From the NCBI GenBank assembly GCA_010015805.1, contig ML978124.1, forward strand, positions 744,001 to 808,000: DNA of 64,000 bases, in the 5' to 3' direction. Within the stretch, counting starts at the first letter, position 1. Each line of letters starts with the position of its first letter. Shown piece after piece: positions 24,913 to 35,989 of this stretch. The stretch is from Rhizodiscina lignyota. Lineage: Eukaryota. Made by a program: the position numbers and the translations under genes. The notes under the pieces were generated by a model, which saw nothing but the letters and a program-made list of their open reading frames with translations, made no database searches and was not told where the DNA came from.

Positions 24913-25470
24913 AAACTCTCGTGCAATGAATCTCAACTACACTCCCCCATTTATTTTGACTTGTTTCGTTAGATGACAGCGCTCAGGTTCCGCAGCGGGC
25001 TCGTTTTCACCCTTTTCCGTAGTTAGCGTCGCTTTCGACGTCTACCACCACTTTAAAATCCACCCGCTCAAGTACTATTGCTAACACGCCGCAAGTTCAA
25101 GCAACAGGAGAACAAGCGCTTCCACGACTCATAGACCCGACAATAAGAAAACATATTCTTTAACATGGATAGCGATATCGTACCACAGGGAGGCCCTGCA
25201 CTGACAGAATGGAACCCATTTTTTCAACACCAATTTCTTCACGATTGCGCATGGACTCTACAATGGGCTGAAAGTCGATTATTTTATTCTCCGTAATTTT
25301 TCCTATTCAGTGTCATTGAGTTTTGCTTAAATCTATTCATGAGTTATGTCGTTATTTGTGCTTGCCTATTGTACTTCCCAGCCATTGTGCACGTCCCTTC
25401 GAAATGGTCCCATTGAGTTTCGCAACAATAGCTTTCAGAAGAGCGTCCATTTTTTGAACTATTACTTCCA

Positions 25471-26403
25471 ATGTCAAACGTAGAAAGTTTCCTGAACCAG
25501 AAATACATCAAACTAATCACCCGAAAAACCAAACTTCTCAAAATGGTACATCCTTCATCACACGTGGTAGCTGCTCTCGTGAACCACTCCGCTGCTGGAT
25601 GCTGCCAGGACATCGTACCAAAAGAGCTACACTTCTTCGGCGATGATGAGACCCTAATCAATTGGTCTGACCTGCCGCCATATCCGCCGTACCCAGGACC
25701 AAGTTGGCACCCGCCCTTTCGACACCTCTGTACGAACAAGCCGTGGAGCGGAGCCTCCGCACAGCCGATTCAAGTCTGTCAGAATCTAGTTGAGCGCCCA
25801 ACTGGAGCCTCCGCATGCAACAAGTATGTGTGCAACGAATGCAACGAGAGGAATAGGAGCAACTACTCCAGGATATATGAGTCTCTTCTGCTCGGAGCGT
25901 GCACGAAATGCATCAAAGATGCCAAGAAGGCCCACAAAGCAGGCAAACTCACTATCAACGGTTCACACATGTGCTACTGCCCGAGGGCAGTGCCAAATGT
26001 CGTGTGCGAGGAGTGCGTCAACCGACACGCCGCCTTCTTCAACAGCAGCAACGGGCCCATCGCCGAAATCATCCAGGAAGAGCACGACCGCAGGCTTCAC
26101 CTGGAATTTCGAAAGCCGCGAAAGGTGAACTTGATGCGAAGGACCAGGAATCCACCGCGGCCGAAACATCTTCACGAACTCCCACCGCCGGACGTGCTTC
26201 CACCAGGCTGGGTCAAGGGCCGGACATGGGAGAGCGGAGGCACGGTTGTACCAGAAATCCCACGGTGCATCGACGGTCGTGTGGCGAATCACCGCAGAGC
26301 CCGCAAAAACGGCGCCGCAGATGTTCGAATCTGCATCCGCTGCTCTGGATTCGTTGTGCGAAACGGAAACCCGCACCCTCTTCTTCCCACGCCAGAAAAG
26401 TAG
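25471..26403 (+). CDS. Cys-rich hypothetical protein with multiple CxxC pairs; true start uncertain
   Basis: 310-aa ORF containing CNEC, CTKC, CYC, CEEC and CIRC; no family recognised. Confidence 0.6.
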   Translation: MSNVESFLNQKYIKLITRKTKLLKMVHPSSHVVAALVNHSAAGCCQDIVPKELHFFGDDETLINWSDLPPYPPYPGPSWHPPFRHLCTNKPWSGASAQPIQVCQNLVERPTGASACNKYVCNECNERNRSNYSRIYESLLLGACTKCIKDAKKAHKAGKLTINGSHMCYCPRAVPNVVCEECVNRHAAFFNSSNGPIAEIIQEEHDRRLHLEFRKPRKVNLMRRTRNPPRPKHLHELPPPDVLPPGWVKGRTWESGGTVVPEIPRCIDGRVANHRRARKNGAADVRICIRCSGFVVRNGNPHPLLPTPEK

Positions 26404-26431
26404 TGTTAGGCGGGCTTTGTGCACTTTTGGG

Positions 26432-26522
26432 GGCGGCATTGTACTTGTTGGCAAGGACTACAGACGAGACGTTTTGATGAAGGAGGTTGGAGGGGATGTT
26501 TATGGGCAAGGCACTGATATAA
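26432..26522 (+). pseudogene. Frameshifted relic of the last ~30 codons of MRH4
   Basis: Reads [29 protein letters not shown] against MRH4 [29 protein letters not shown] (24823-24912). Confidence 0.9.
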
Positions 26523-27242
26523 GAATTGTTCAAGGGGCAGATGGAACATGTAACTACTTCTGGGTCTTTCTTTGTTGCTTTTCTTTTGCGCTTCTGGTCG
26601 GGTTGTTTTTATTTGGAGTTTCGAATACAAAAGTTTTTTCTCGTCAAGTTTAGTTGCACATGAACTGCAATAGACATATTTCTTCTGGATTTTCTCACGA
26701 ATGAATCCCATCCACAGTCTTCCAAGGTCCAAACATATTGTCTCAAGCACTCAACAAGTGGAGACCTAGAGCTGCTCTAATCAAATTGACAAAAAGAGAG
26801 AGGGAGGGAGTGAGATCTAAGAGGGAAGGCGAAGATGCTAATATACACTATATGATATGACCGGCGCCGTCAACGCCAAGAGGCGCTCCGCGGGAGATAT
26901 AAACAACTCTGACGCATTGAATGGTTTCTATATCGCTGCCCAGTTCCAGCTGCTTCCTACAAGGCTACAACTGAGCTCCGTAAGGGCTCTAATGCCGTAT
27001 CCGCAGCAACATTTCAACTCAAATACAGCTGTTTGTCACTCAAGTTCTCAACCTCCACATCGAACTGCCTCACTTCACTCAAAATCCTTCTCCGCGAAGA
27101 AACCATACTTGAACACTTTCAACTTCGCACCTCGAATACCTCGAATACCTCAACCCTTCATGCGCATAAGACAGAAGCTTCAGCCTCTACTCTTTCTTTA
27201 CCAATACCTCCCTTCCTGAACACCATCAAACCTGACGACGCC

Positions 27243-28255
27243 ATGGTTTGCCTCGAGAACGGTCTCTCAGCCTCTTTGGCACCGTACAGCACGAAGTCGT
27301 TCTGGCACGGCGCTAAGGAGTACCGAACAGAAGAAGACGATTCCGCCTCCTGGACCTTAAGGCGCTACGTGCAGCCATTCCCATATGATAGGTTCACGAT
27401 TGATGTCGGCATCGCAGAATCTTTCAACTATTACAATGCCGACGCCCTTCGATACACAATTTCAATTGGAGAGGAACAAAATCACATAATGGAATGGATC
27501 GAATGGAAACGAGAGAGAAAAAGCTTACCTGTACACCGATACATACGATGTATCAAGGAGCATCGACGAGGGGAACCAAAAGGCTGGTACTTAAGACCAA
27601 AGAGGAAAAGCCGACAGCCACATTGCCAGTACTCCATGGAGAAGTTCAGACCGAGCTCCGTCTTCAAAATTGTAGTCTACATTGAGCGCGTAGTCGCAAA
27701 GGTCGGGCTGAGAATCATGGATTGTAGAAGTATCCATGATTTCGATCCGATTGTAGGAGAATGGGGCTGCCGATATAAGTTGGAGATTAAATTCACTTCA
27801 AGTATGAATCCCTAGTGCGTAGCTCCTAAGAATACAACTAACCAGGGATCCCAGATCCACTTGTTCACGAGGCTGAACCTCGTTTTCGGCAATACTCATC
27901 CGTGAGTTGGAAGGGCTTAGACTCCGATGACGAAGGCGCGAATCATGCTCTGACAGACACGAATAATGGAAGGCGACACGGCATTCTAGCTCCACAAGGA
28001 ACGCAGACGAATACAGCGCATGAAACTGCCGAAACGAAGACAAACTACACTGGTCAAGAAGAACCCATTGGCGCACCGAAAACCTTTGTTGACTTAACTG
28101 AATTGGAGGATGAGCCAGTTATCAAGCGGGAGAAACGTGATAGGTCTGAGTATGAGGATGGGGAAGACGATGAAGAATGTCTGAAACTGATGATTCAGCA
28201 AACGGATCTCAAGATGAAGCTCAGACGCCTGCAGTTGGCAAAGGCCCGAAAGTAG
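27243..28255 (+). CDS. Hypothetical protein, probable paralog of the 29113 gene (intron 27802-27845)
   Basis: Starts MVCLENGL; splices in frame to ORF 27902-28255; ends DDEECLKLMIQQTDLKMKLRRLQLAKARK. Confidence 0.7.
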
Positions 28256-29112
28256 AAAAGCGTCTGATTTAATGATACACGAACAGAGCCGGAGTTGGAA
28301 TATCGAATTTGCATACGATGGGGTCTCAACCATTATCGAGCCATCTGGTGTTGGGAAGGGAGTTCAAATAGCTTCTACATAAACATCCTACTCTTTTGGT
28401 GTATTTCAACGTTCCCTTCTTGATCCTCCAAGACTCCTCTCCAAACCCGTCAGGTCTCCAAGCCCACCTCCCTTCCGTACATTTACAGACTTCATTCAAC
28501 TCCGTGCCAGTGTGCCCTTTAACTAGCCTTCAACTAACAGTCTTATGACTTCACTTTCGACACTGACTATTCTCGATCTATAAGGTCTACAACGTCTAAT
28601 TCCCTGACCCTCTTAAAATCGTATCAACAAAGCACCTCAGATTCCAATTGACCTCTTGAAAATTTACTTCATCTCATATCTCCTCCTTTATCTTACATCC
28701 TCTTCATCCCATAACTTCTTCCTTCATCCCATAACCTCTTCATCCCACCATTTACCTCTCATAATCATATATCAAGCGTTCACAGCTTTGCAACGTCACC
28801 CCAGCATCTCACCTACACAACTACTTTATTCTCATAAACTTCGAAGTATAAAGCTCGACAACTTTCTACTCAAGTAACACTTCGCAGCTCAACTCGGCGA
28901 AACCGCACCGCAAACTAGGCGCAAGTTCAAGCGTCCTGCAACTCGGCACAGCAGAAGACTTACGGCCAGTGCTACTAAACTTTGCCATTTCACTCAGATA
29001 CTTCAGTAGACAATCATCCAAAGAGTAAATCCTTCAAACTCACTTCCTCAAATTTCTTTCTACCTACGACATCGGTCGAGAAGATGAAGCACAGAGCCGC
29101 AAGACAGGTATC

Positions 29113-30849
29113 ATGGTACGCCTTGAAAATGGTCTCGAGCTCTACCTTCTGCCCTCATCTGGGGGTGGAGACACCGATTATTGGAAGGATTGGAAGAATC
29201 AAAAGCAACACAAGGGTGCTTCAAAGTCCGACAAATTGACCTTTGCGTCATGTCGGACTGAATCCGTTCCAGAGAACCGCTTCCGATTGGTGATCCGTGT
29301 TGGCGAAGAGTTCAAGTATAACAATGCAGAGGGCCTCTGCATAGACGTGTCAGTCGGCATGCACAACCAACGAGCACTATCGTGGTACGAGCCAAAACCA
29401 ACGAGCCTGCCAGTACGCTACGTCGTGGAGTGTGCATCGCACAAATTGAAACCCGAATCTGCATCGAGAACACTCACTATAAAATACGCTCCCGCAAAGA
29501 TCGCGTATGCTGAGGCCACCGGACACGAGACTCCCCGGCTGTTTGAATCCAAAATCTCGGTTTCTTTGAGGCCAGCGAACGCAAGAAGAGCCGTTAATGG
29601 GAAGCCAAAGGATGAAGGTGTCGAATATACATTAGAACTTAGACTCTGTTCGACCGGTAAGACCTCAGCTATAGATCCTGGAAAACGTGCTAACCAATGT
29701 TCAGCTATTTTCCAAAAGCTTGGCCCTTCTGGAATTATCTCAAACTCTGCTCGGAAGCATCCGAATGCGCAGTCGGATACCAAAGAAAATGCCAAAAAGT
29801 CGGTCAGGCGCACCGCGAAGCCCACAGGGCTGCAGGTGAAGCAGTCTACGGAGACTCTCCCCGCCAAAAGAGCAGAGGATACGCTCACACGAGCCACGTT
29901 CCAACCCATGCTGTCTGCACCTCCAGTTGACTGTCTCCGTGGGGAGCGCTACACGATCTCGGGTACCTTTATACCCGGGATATATGAGACAATCGTGGCG
30001 CTCGTTAAGCATTATGGGGGTATCTTCGTCCCTCAGTCAGAGCTCCCGAGCGATCATGTCATTGTTGAAACGAAGGCGTCCACGACGAGAGTTGGGAAGG
30101 CACAGAAAGGTGGTGCGACGGCCGTTACTCCAATGATATTGTGTAGGAATATCCAAAGGCTTCTAAAGAATAAAACTGCGGAGGGAAAGAAAGATGGACA
30201 GGGTGCTGTGGTCAATAACGAATCTTGCGACGATGATTCCGCAGACCAAGCAGCGCAATCCAACAGGAAGAGACGACCGTTGTCTTCTTCACCGGAGCCG
30301 AGCCCATCGAGCAAGCGTCGAAAGGGTAGCGACAATGAGAAATCTTCTGCCCCTGTTAATCAGACAAGCGGCAACGCCGCGGCTGGGTCCACAAACGCAG
30401 CACCTCCATCCAGCCTCAGCAATGGAAAGGAGACAGGGACGAGCTCAGATATGCCCCCATCGACTAGTGCGATAGATAGTCTCAAGATCAAGCTTGAGAG
30501 TATCGGACGACTGTGTACGGACGTTCCTGTCCTCCATACGACAGCCACCCAAACCCCGGAAGGCTCAAAAAACAGGCCTATAAATTTGGATTTGGGCAAT
30601 GGAGTGGAAGACAAGGAACCAGAAAATCCAGTGAAAAGCGTCACAGAGGCTTCAAGTGCCTTCAACGTGGGACCCAACATTTTCAAGAGGGAAAAAGTTA
30701 CCCAGCATCAGACGAAAGACACAAGTGGAGGTAGTGCAACTTCAAGGGAGGATGAACTGGACGAAGAAGACCTAGAGTTGCAGCTGGAGGAGGTGAGGTT
30801 GAGGATGAAGTTGAGAAAGCTGCGTAAGGCAAAAGGACATATCAATTAG
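29113..30849 (+). CDS. Hypothetical protein with a degenerate BRCT-like domain and acidic/basic C-terminal helix
   Basis: 578-aa ORF starting MVRLENGL; DCLRGERYTISG...ALVKHYGG resembles a BRCT domain; ends DEEDLELQLEEVRLRMKLRKLRKAK. Confidence 0.8.
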   Translation: MVRLENGLELYLLPSSGGGDTDYWKDWKNQKQHKGASKSDKLTFASCRTESVPENRFRLVIRVGEEFKYNNAEGLCIDVSVGMHNQRALSWYEPKPTSLPVRYVVECASHKLKPESASRTLTIKYAPAKIAYAEATGHETPRLFESKISVSLRPANARRAVNGKPKDEGVEYTLELRLCSTGKTSAIDPGKRANQCSAIFQKLGPSGIISNSARKHPNAQSDTKENAKKSVRRTAKPTGLQVKQSTETLPAKRAEDTLTRATFQPMLSAPPVDCLRGERYTISGTFIPGIYETIVALVKHYGGIFVPQSELPSDHVIVETKASTTRVGKAQKGGATAVTPMILCRNIQRLLKNKTAEGKKDGQGAVVNNESCDDDSADQAAQSNRKRRPLSSSPEPSPSSKRRKGSDNEKSSAPVNQTSGNAAAGSTNAAPPSSLSNGKETGTSSDMPPSTSAIDSLKIKLESIGRLCTDVPVLHTTATQTPEGSKNRPINLDLGNGVEDKEPENPVKSVTEASSAFNVGPNIFKREKVTQHQTKDTSGGSATSREDELDEEDLELQLEEVRLRMKLRKLRKAKGHIN

Positions 30850-31260
30850 GAGTTGAGGCTGTGATGGAATGACAAAAGTATCGGGATGAATTTGATGGCT
30901 GATTTTTGGTGTCAAAGGGGAGTTCAGTCTTTCAAGGGGCACTGGATCGGTATGAACTAACGAGTCACGACGGGGAAATGGAAATCTTAGGAGGGAAACG
31001 AAATCTTCGGGAATAAGGGATAATTCACTTCAGTATCAAAAGCACTACTGTATCAAATCTCAAATATCACAATTACCCAATGGAGCGGAAGGAAGTAACG
31101 GACCGTGCCAAGCCGCGACACAATTCCCCGAATCTCACCAGCCGACCTCAACGCGATAGCGTCGGCACCGTGAAAATGTCTTCAGGCCCATCTAACGTCT
31201 CTAACGTCCTCAATTGCCTCATTCGTCGCCCCTTGCAGATCCTCGAAGCCGGATAGCAAA

Positions 31261-32151
31261 ATGCCAACTCCGCCGCGCGTGAGCTTCTTCACGAAGGGCG
31301 AGCGCCTCCCTCACAGCACTTCCTACATCATCGTGAACCAGAATTACGTTCAATACGTTCCTCCGCGCTCTAACGCCTCAACCGATGCGACTCCCCTGCT
31401 CTTCATACACGGCGGTGGACTGACGGGCGCCAATTGGGAGTCAACGCCCGACCGACGGCCTGGATGGGCGGTTCGCGCTTCCGAATCCGGCAGACATGTA
31501 TACATCATGGATGGCGTGGATAGCGGGCGGTCGCAACGTGCGCCTGATGAAATAAGACCGGGTCCTGTGGAGCATCGCGGCGCATTGGAGATGTGGGATC
31601 GATTTCGGTTTGGAAGAGCCGAAGACTTCGAAGCGAGAAAGGTTTTCCCCGACTCTGTCTTCCTAGCTAGCCATTTGGATGAGCTGGTAGCCTGCCAGGC
31701 TGCGAGAAGGAGGATCGTGGATGATATCGAGACCAGCGGAATTATCAATGTCATAAAAGAGCTTGCAGTGGGTGGGAAGATTGATGTCGTCTGCCACAGT
31801 CACGGCGCCAAAATGCTGACTGACCCTCATTGCATGAAGGAAGTAGGACCGTATGTGAGAAAAGCTATATTGGTAGAACCGGGTACAACCGCGACGTCAG
31901 AAAACGGCAAATCATTTGTGGAGGGCATGAAGTGTTTGGTCGTTTGGGGCGACTATGTGGCTGACCATCCTGCATGGGTACCGATCGTAAAGATCTTCGA
32001 TCAAGCGCCTGTCCCTGCAGTTGAGATCATGCATCTCCCAGAGGTGGGACTAAAGGGCAACTCGCACTTCCCGATGAGCGACGCGAACAGTGACGAAGTT
32101 TGGCAGAAACTACTGGATTGGCTAGATGCTAAGTCCCGACCATCTCTCTAG
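31261..32151 (+). CDS. Alpha/beta-fold hydrolase (esterase-like), intronless
   Basis: Oxyanion region LFIHGGGLTG, ESTPDRRPGWA, nucleophile elbow HSHG, VVWGD and GNSHFPM catalytic His region. Confidence 0.88.
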   Translation: MPTPPRVSFFTKGERLPHSTSYIIVNQNYVQYVPPRSNASTDATPLLFIHGGGLTGANWESTPDRRPGWAVRASESGRHVYIMDGVDSGRSQRAPDEIRPGPVEHRGALEMWDRFRFGRAEDFEARKVFPDSVFLASHLDELVACQAARRRIVDDIETSGIINVIKELAVGGKIDVVCHSHGAKMLTDPHCMKEVGPYVRKAILVEPGTTATSENGKSFVEGMKCLVVWGDYVADHPAWVPIVKIFDQAPVPAVEIMHLPEVGLKGNSHFPMSDANSDEVWQKLLDWLDAKSRPSL

Positions 32152-32207
32152 CAGTAGGTCGCTGAAAATCTACAAAGTTCATAAATCGTTTCTTATCGTC
32201 ACCGCTT

Positions 32208-33045
32208 TCATAAGCTGGAATCCTTTTCCTGCTCTGCTTCGGCGTCTCTGTGACTTAGAGTCGCCTCCCAAGGATTGTAATCCTCAAAAGTGCCATCCGT
32301 TTCTTCCGTGATGGCGTGGAGCGGCGTGCTTGACGTGCTCAACAATAATGGCGATGGAAGAGATGCCACTCTACTCCGAAGCAGCGACTCTGAATTACCT
32401 GGACTCATTGGCGGGGTGGGAAAGGACACAGCCCTTGTTCTCCTGTGTCTTCGGCAGGCCTTGTCGAAACCTGCCTCGTGCATGAACAACGAGGAGCGCA
32501 GAGATTCCGGGACATCCACGTCGCATTGTGTTGGCGTTATGGTTTGCGGTGTGGGAAACACCCACGAATGCGCAATCATACTGATTTTGCCGTTTTCGTC
32601 TTTCACTAATTACCATCAGCGCTGATCGTTTCAGTATGGCATCAGACTCACCTTGCTCGTAAAAGTCCTTCTCGACGTATTCTTCACCTCCGACGCTTAT
32701 TCTGAAGCATATCCGTCCAACAGGGGTACGATCGTATAGCATGGTGAAGAGAAACTTTCCGTTTGATTGCTGGCCGCAGTACAGCATCGGCCTATCCTCC
32801 CACTGGGGGCGTGTGCATTCGGACCTGATGACAACAGGCTTGTCGCCATCCTCGAGCTCTATGGACACGTGCGCCGAGCCGACCTCTTGAGTTGTCGAAC
32901 TCACGCTGCTTCGAGACGAACTCAGGCTACTTCTAGCCGAAAGAGAAGTCTGAGAGGATGAGGGTGATGAGGAAGAGGAAGAAGAAGAGGATGGAAAGGA
33001 AGGAATGCGAAGGCGTGGTGCCCGTGGAGTAGTGTTGGAGCTCAT
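32208..33045 (-). CDS. Hypothetical Ser-rich protein, possibly with a degenerate CBM48/AMPK-like glycogen-binding fold (intron 32606-32651)
   Basis: ORF 32395-33045 splices via GTGAGT...TAG into ORF 32208-32606 in frame (EQ|VKDENGK). Confidence 0.65.
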
Positions 33046-34067
33046 ATTGCTGAATATGTTGTTACACGAAGGTAAGAAGGGTATGTAAATGAATGGGCCA
33101 GGCCAACCTGAGCAGCAGTGTCGAAGGGAGAGTGTAGCACAAGGACTGGCGATGTGCGAAATCGTTGAGAGGACATATGTTTAGCCAGAAACGTGCGAGG
33201 ATGTGCGGAGGAGCCAAATGCAACAGCGTGTAGCTGTAGCTGCTGATCCCCAACGTGCCCTCCAACGATTTTTCGCCAGTTTCGGATTTTCGACCATTGA
33301 AGTCGATGATGAAGTTTGATGACGATATCAGTGGTGGGATGGTAGATGGGCTGGACCATGGCGATGGTCCCAAGGAAGTGGTTCGAGTGGTTGTGTACCG
33401 TACTTCATTTGCTACTCATTCCACACGACTCACCGTCCAATGGCTGCTGACGGAGCGCAACTAGCTGTTTCGCATCGGAAATCGCTCTGCGCACCTAGTA
33501 ATGTATATGACGACGTTGTTTCATAGCTCTCTGTAGCTGTCGTGATGGAAAGCGCGAGGCAGCGTCTGTGGGAGAGCTTCTGAATGCTTGGGACCGGACC
33601 GAGTAGCCCACCTTCCGCCGCGGGAACAGCCGGCTCCCCAATGAGGGATAGTTTAGCGATGGTCCATAGCGTTGCCTGACTTTCTGGCAATTCAGCAAGA
33701 CTTTCCGAGCTGGAAAGGGACCAAGATCTACTATTCCCGATACAGCGCGGCGTGGTGTCGCGGGGAGGACATGTCAAAGCAGGTCTGAATCACATGCCAA
33801 GGACTTGTGTAACGTCTCCCCCATATTGAGCCTTTAGAACATTCACACTTTTGTTGTATACACAATTGGGAACAAGGACGACAAAGAAACCCATCGCTCG
33901 CCGTGGTATTAAATGCAGTAAGATCTCGGAATGTCCCTTCTCCCCTGTAACATATATAGGAAAGACAAGATGATCTCTCGCCGCGGCGGCCCAAACCGCG
34001 CCGCTCCAGACAGTAAAGGAGTTCATCATTCGTTTCGAAAGCCAGTCATCCAGAGCGGAAGAGAGGT

Positions 34068-35989
34068 TTACGTTGGACTGTACTTGCTAAGGCTGCGGAT
34101 CTTCGCGCCATAGATGTAGAACAACACTGCAACCGGAAACAGTGCCGCGCAAAGGAATCCGAGAAGTGACGATGCCCAGGGCACGCCCAAGTTGTGATAC
34201 CTGCCATGAAATTAGCAAATCTTCAAGATATTGGCGAGAATTCAAAGCTCACATTGCCGTGGCGAACATTGGAAAGCCAGCACCGATACCACTTCGAATG
34301 AATGTGTTCGCAGCCACCGCACTGTTGGCGTTCATCTTGTACACATCGATGATGTAGTTCAATCCTTGCAAGAAAATCATGAGAACGCCCATTCCAATCG
34401 GTATTCCGGCGAGCACCTGAGGAACCCATGTGATATGCGGGCTGCTCGTCCAGGCGAACCAGAACATGCCGGCAGGGAATATGAGACCACCAATGATCAT
34501 CGGAATGAGTCTCTCCTCAGGAACGACTTGGCCTGTCTCCCTCAGAATGCGAGCGAAGCGAGTCTTTGTGATATAGGAGGTGACGGCGCCTCCGAGGATG
34601 ACACCGATGCTGATGGAGAGCAGTGGGAGGGATCCAACGCCCAGGTTCCAGCCGCGCATCTCTTGGAAAGCGATGGGATACGCCTCGAAGAACAGATAGA
34701 CGATGCCGTAGATCAAGCCCATATAGATGGTAATAAGAAGTAGAATAGGTTCCAGAATCAACATGCTAAACGGCCGTAGTAGATATCGCACGACGATGCT
34801 CTGAAGGTTTATTTGCGTTTCATCGGCTTTAGCGTGGATTGCCCAGTTCTTCGTTTCGTAGCGAAGCTTCTTTGCTCGCTGCTGTAGAATCACAGGGCCA
34901 TATGTCTCGGGTATGATGAAGTAGGCACATATGCCTAGGAAGGAAGCCATGATTATGGTGATGTATGCAGTCCAGCGCCAACCAAGGTAGCTCATCGTAA
35001 TGAAACCACCAACCTAAATGCATATTAGCGATTTGACTTCTTGATGATGACCAAATACTTACAATGGGCCCTAGAATGGGACCTACAAAGGTAGCCGAAG
35101 CGAAAACGCAGATGGCTACTCCACGGTCCACCGGATTCCAGAAATCTGCGAGAGCGCCACTGCGAGAAATCAGTTCTCGATCAAATAGTGGCATGTACGA
35201 AAGTATAACTCACCCAACAATTGCCAATGGTGCAGAGCCGAACGTGCCACTGAAAAATCTGCAGAGCATGATTGTCTCGATGTTTTGTGCTACCGCGACA
35301 GGTATTTGGAAAATGATGAAGATTGTAAAGCCAATGAAGAGCGGGGTCTTTCGCCCATACAACTCGGAAAATGGTCCAAACGCAAGGGGACCAAATGAAA
35401 AGCCCTAGTTGGATTAGCGTTTATTAATTTGCCGACGGACAGGTCCCTACCAAGACGAAGAGTGATGTCGCAAGAACCATGACCAGGGGCGACACATGAA
35501 ACTTTTGCGCTGTTGGACCCGTTGCTGCAGAGAAAACACTACTTGCAAATGTGACACAGCAAGTAATTGCACCCATTGCCATCGTAATTGCCATTTTCTT
35601 TCCTGTTGACCAATTCATAGGGTTACCCTAATTATCATCAGCCAGTGAGCCATATGTGGCCATTAGAACGTACATACGGGGTCATCTGGTCCGTCCCACT
35701 CAATAAGATTTGGATCCTTCGCACCATTTTGAGCGATTTTGCCGTAGTTGGGTATCCTTTGCTTCTCGACGTCCATGTCTCGGTTGAAGCCTGACGGAGC
35801 TGGTGGGGCCTCTCGTGGGTTCTCAAACGATCGATCTTTCTCGAAGTCGTCCTTACTGCCGGTGGTCTTCTTATCGTCTTCTGAAAAGCTTCGCATGCTG
35901 TCAACGGAGGGGTTGGCAACTACAGTCCTACTCGTCATATGGCTTTCCCTCGACGCATTGTCAGGTGGCGAGGCTGCTGGACCGAGCAT
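34068..35989 (-). CDS. MFS transporter, DHA1 (drug:H+ antiporter/polyamine-type) family, multi-exon
   Basis: WDGPDDP..NP.NWS, GPFSELYGRK, LGWRWT, PETYGPVILQQRAKKLR, PEERLIPMIIG, YIIDVY..ANSAVAANTFIRS. Confidence 0.93.
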
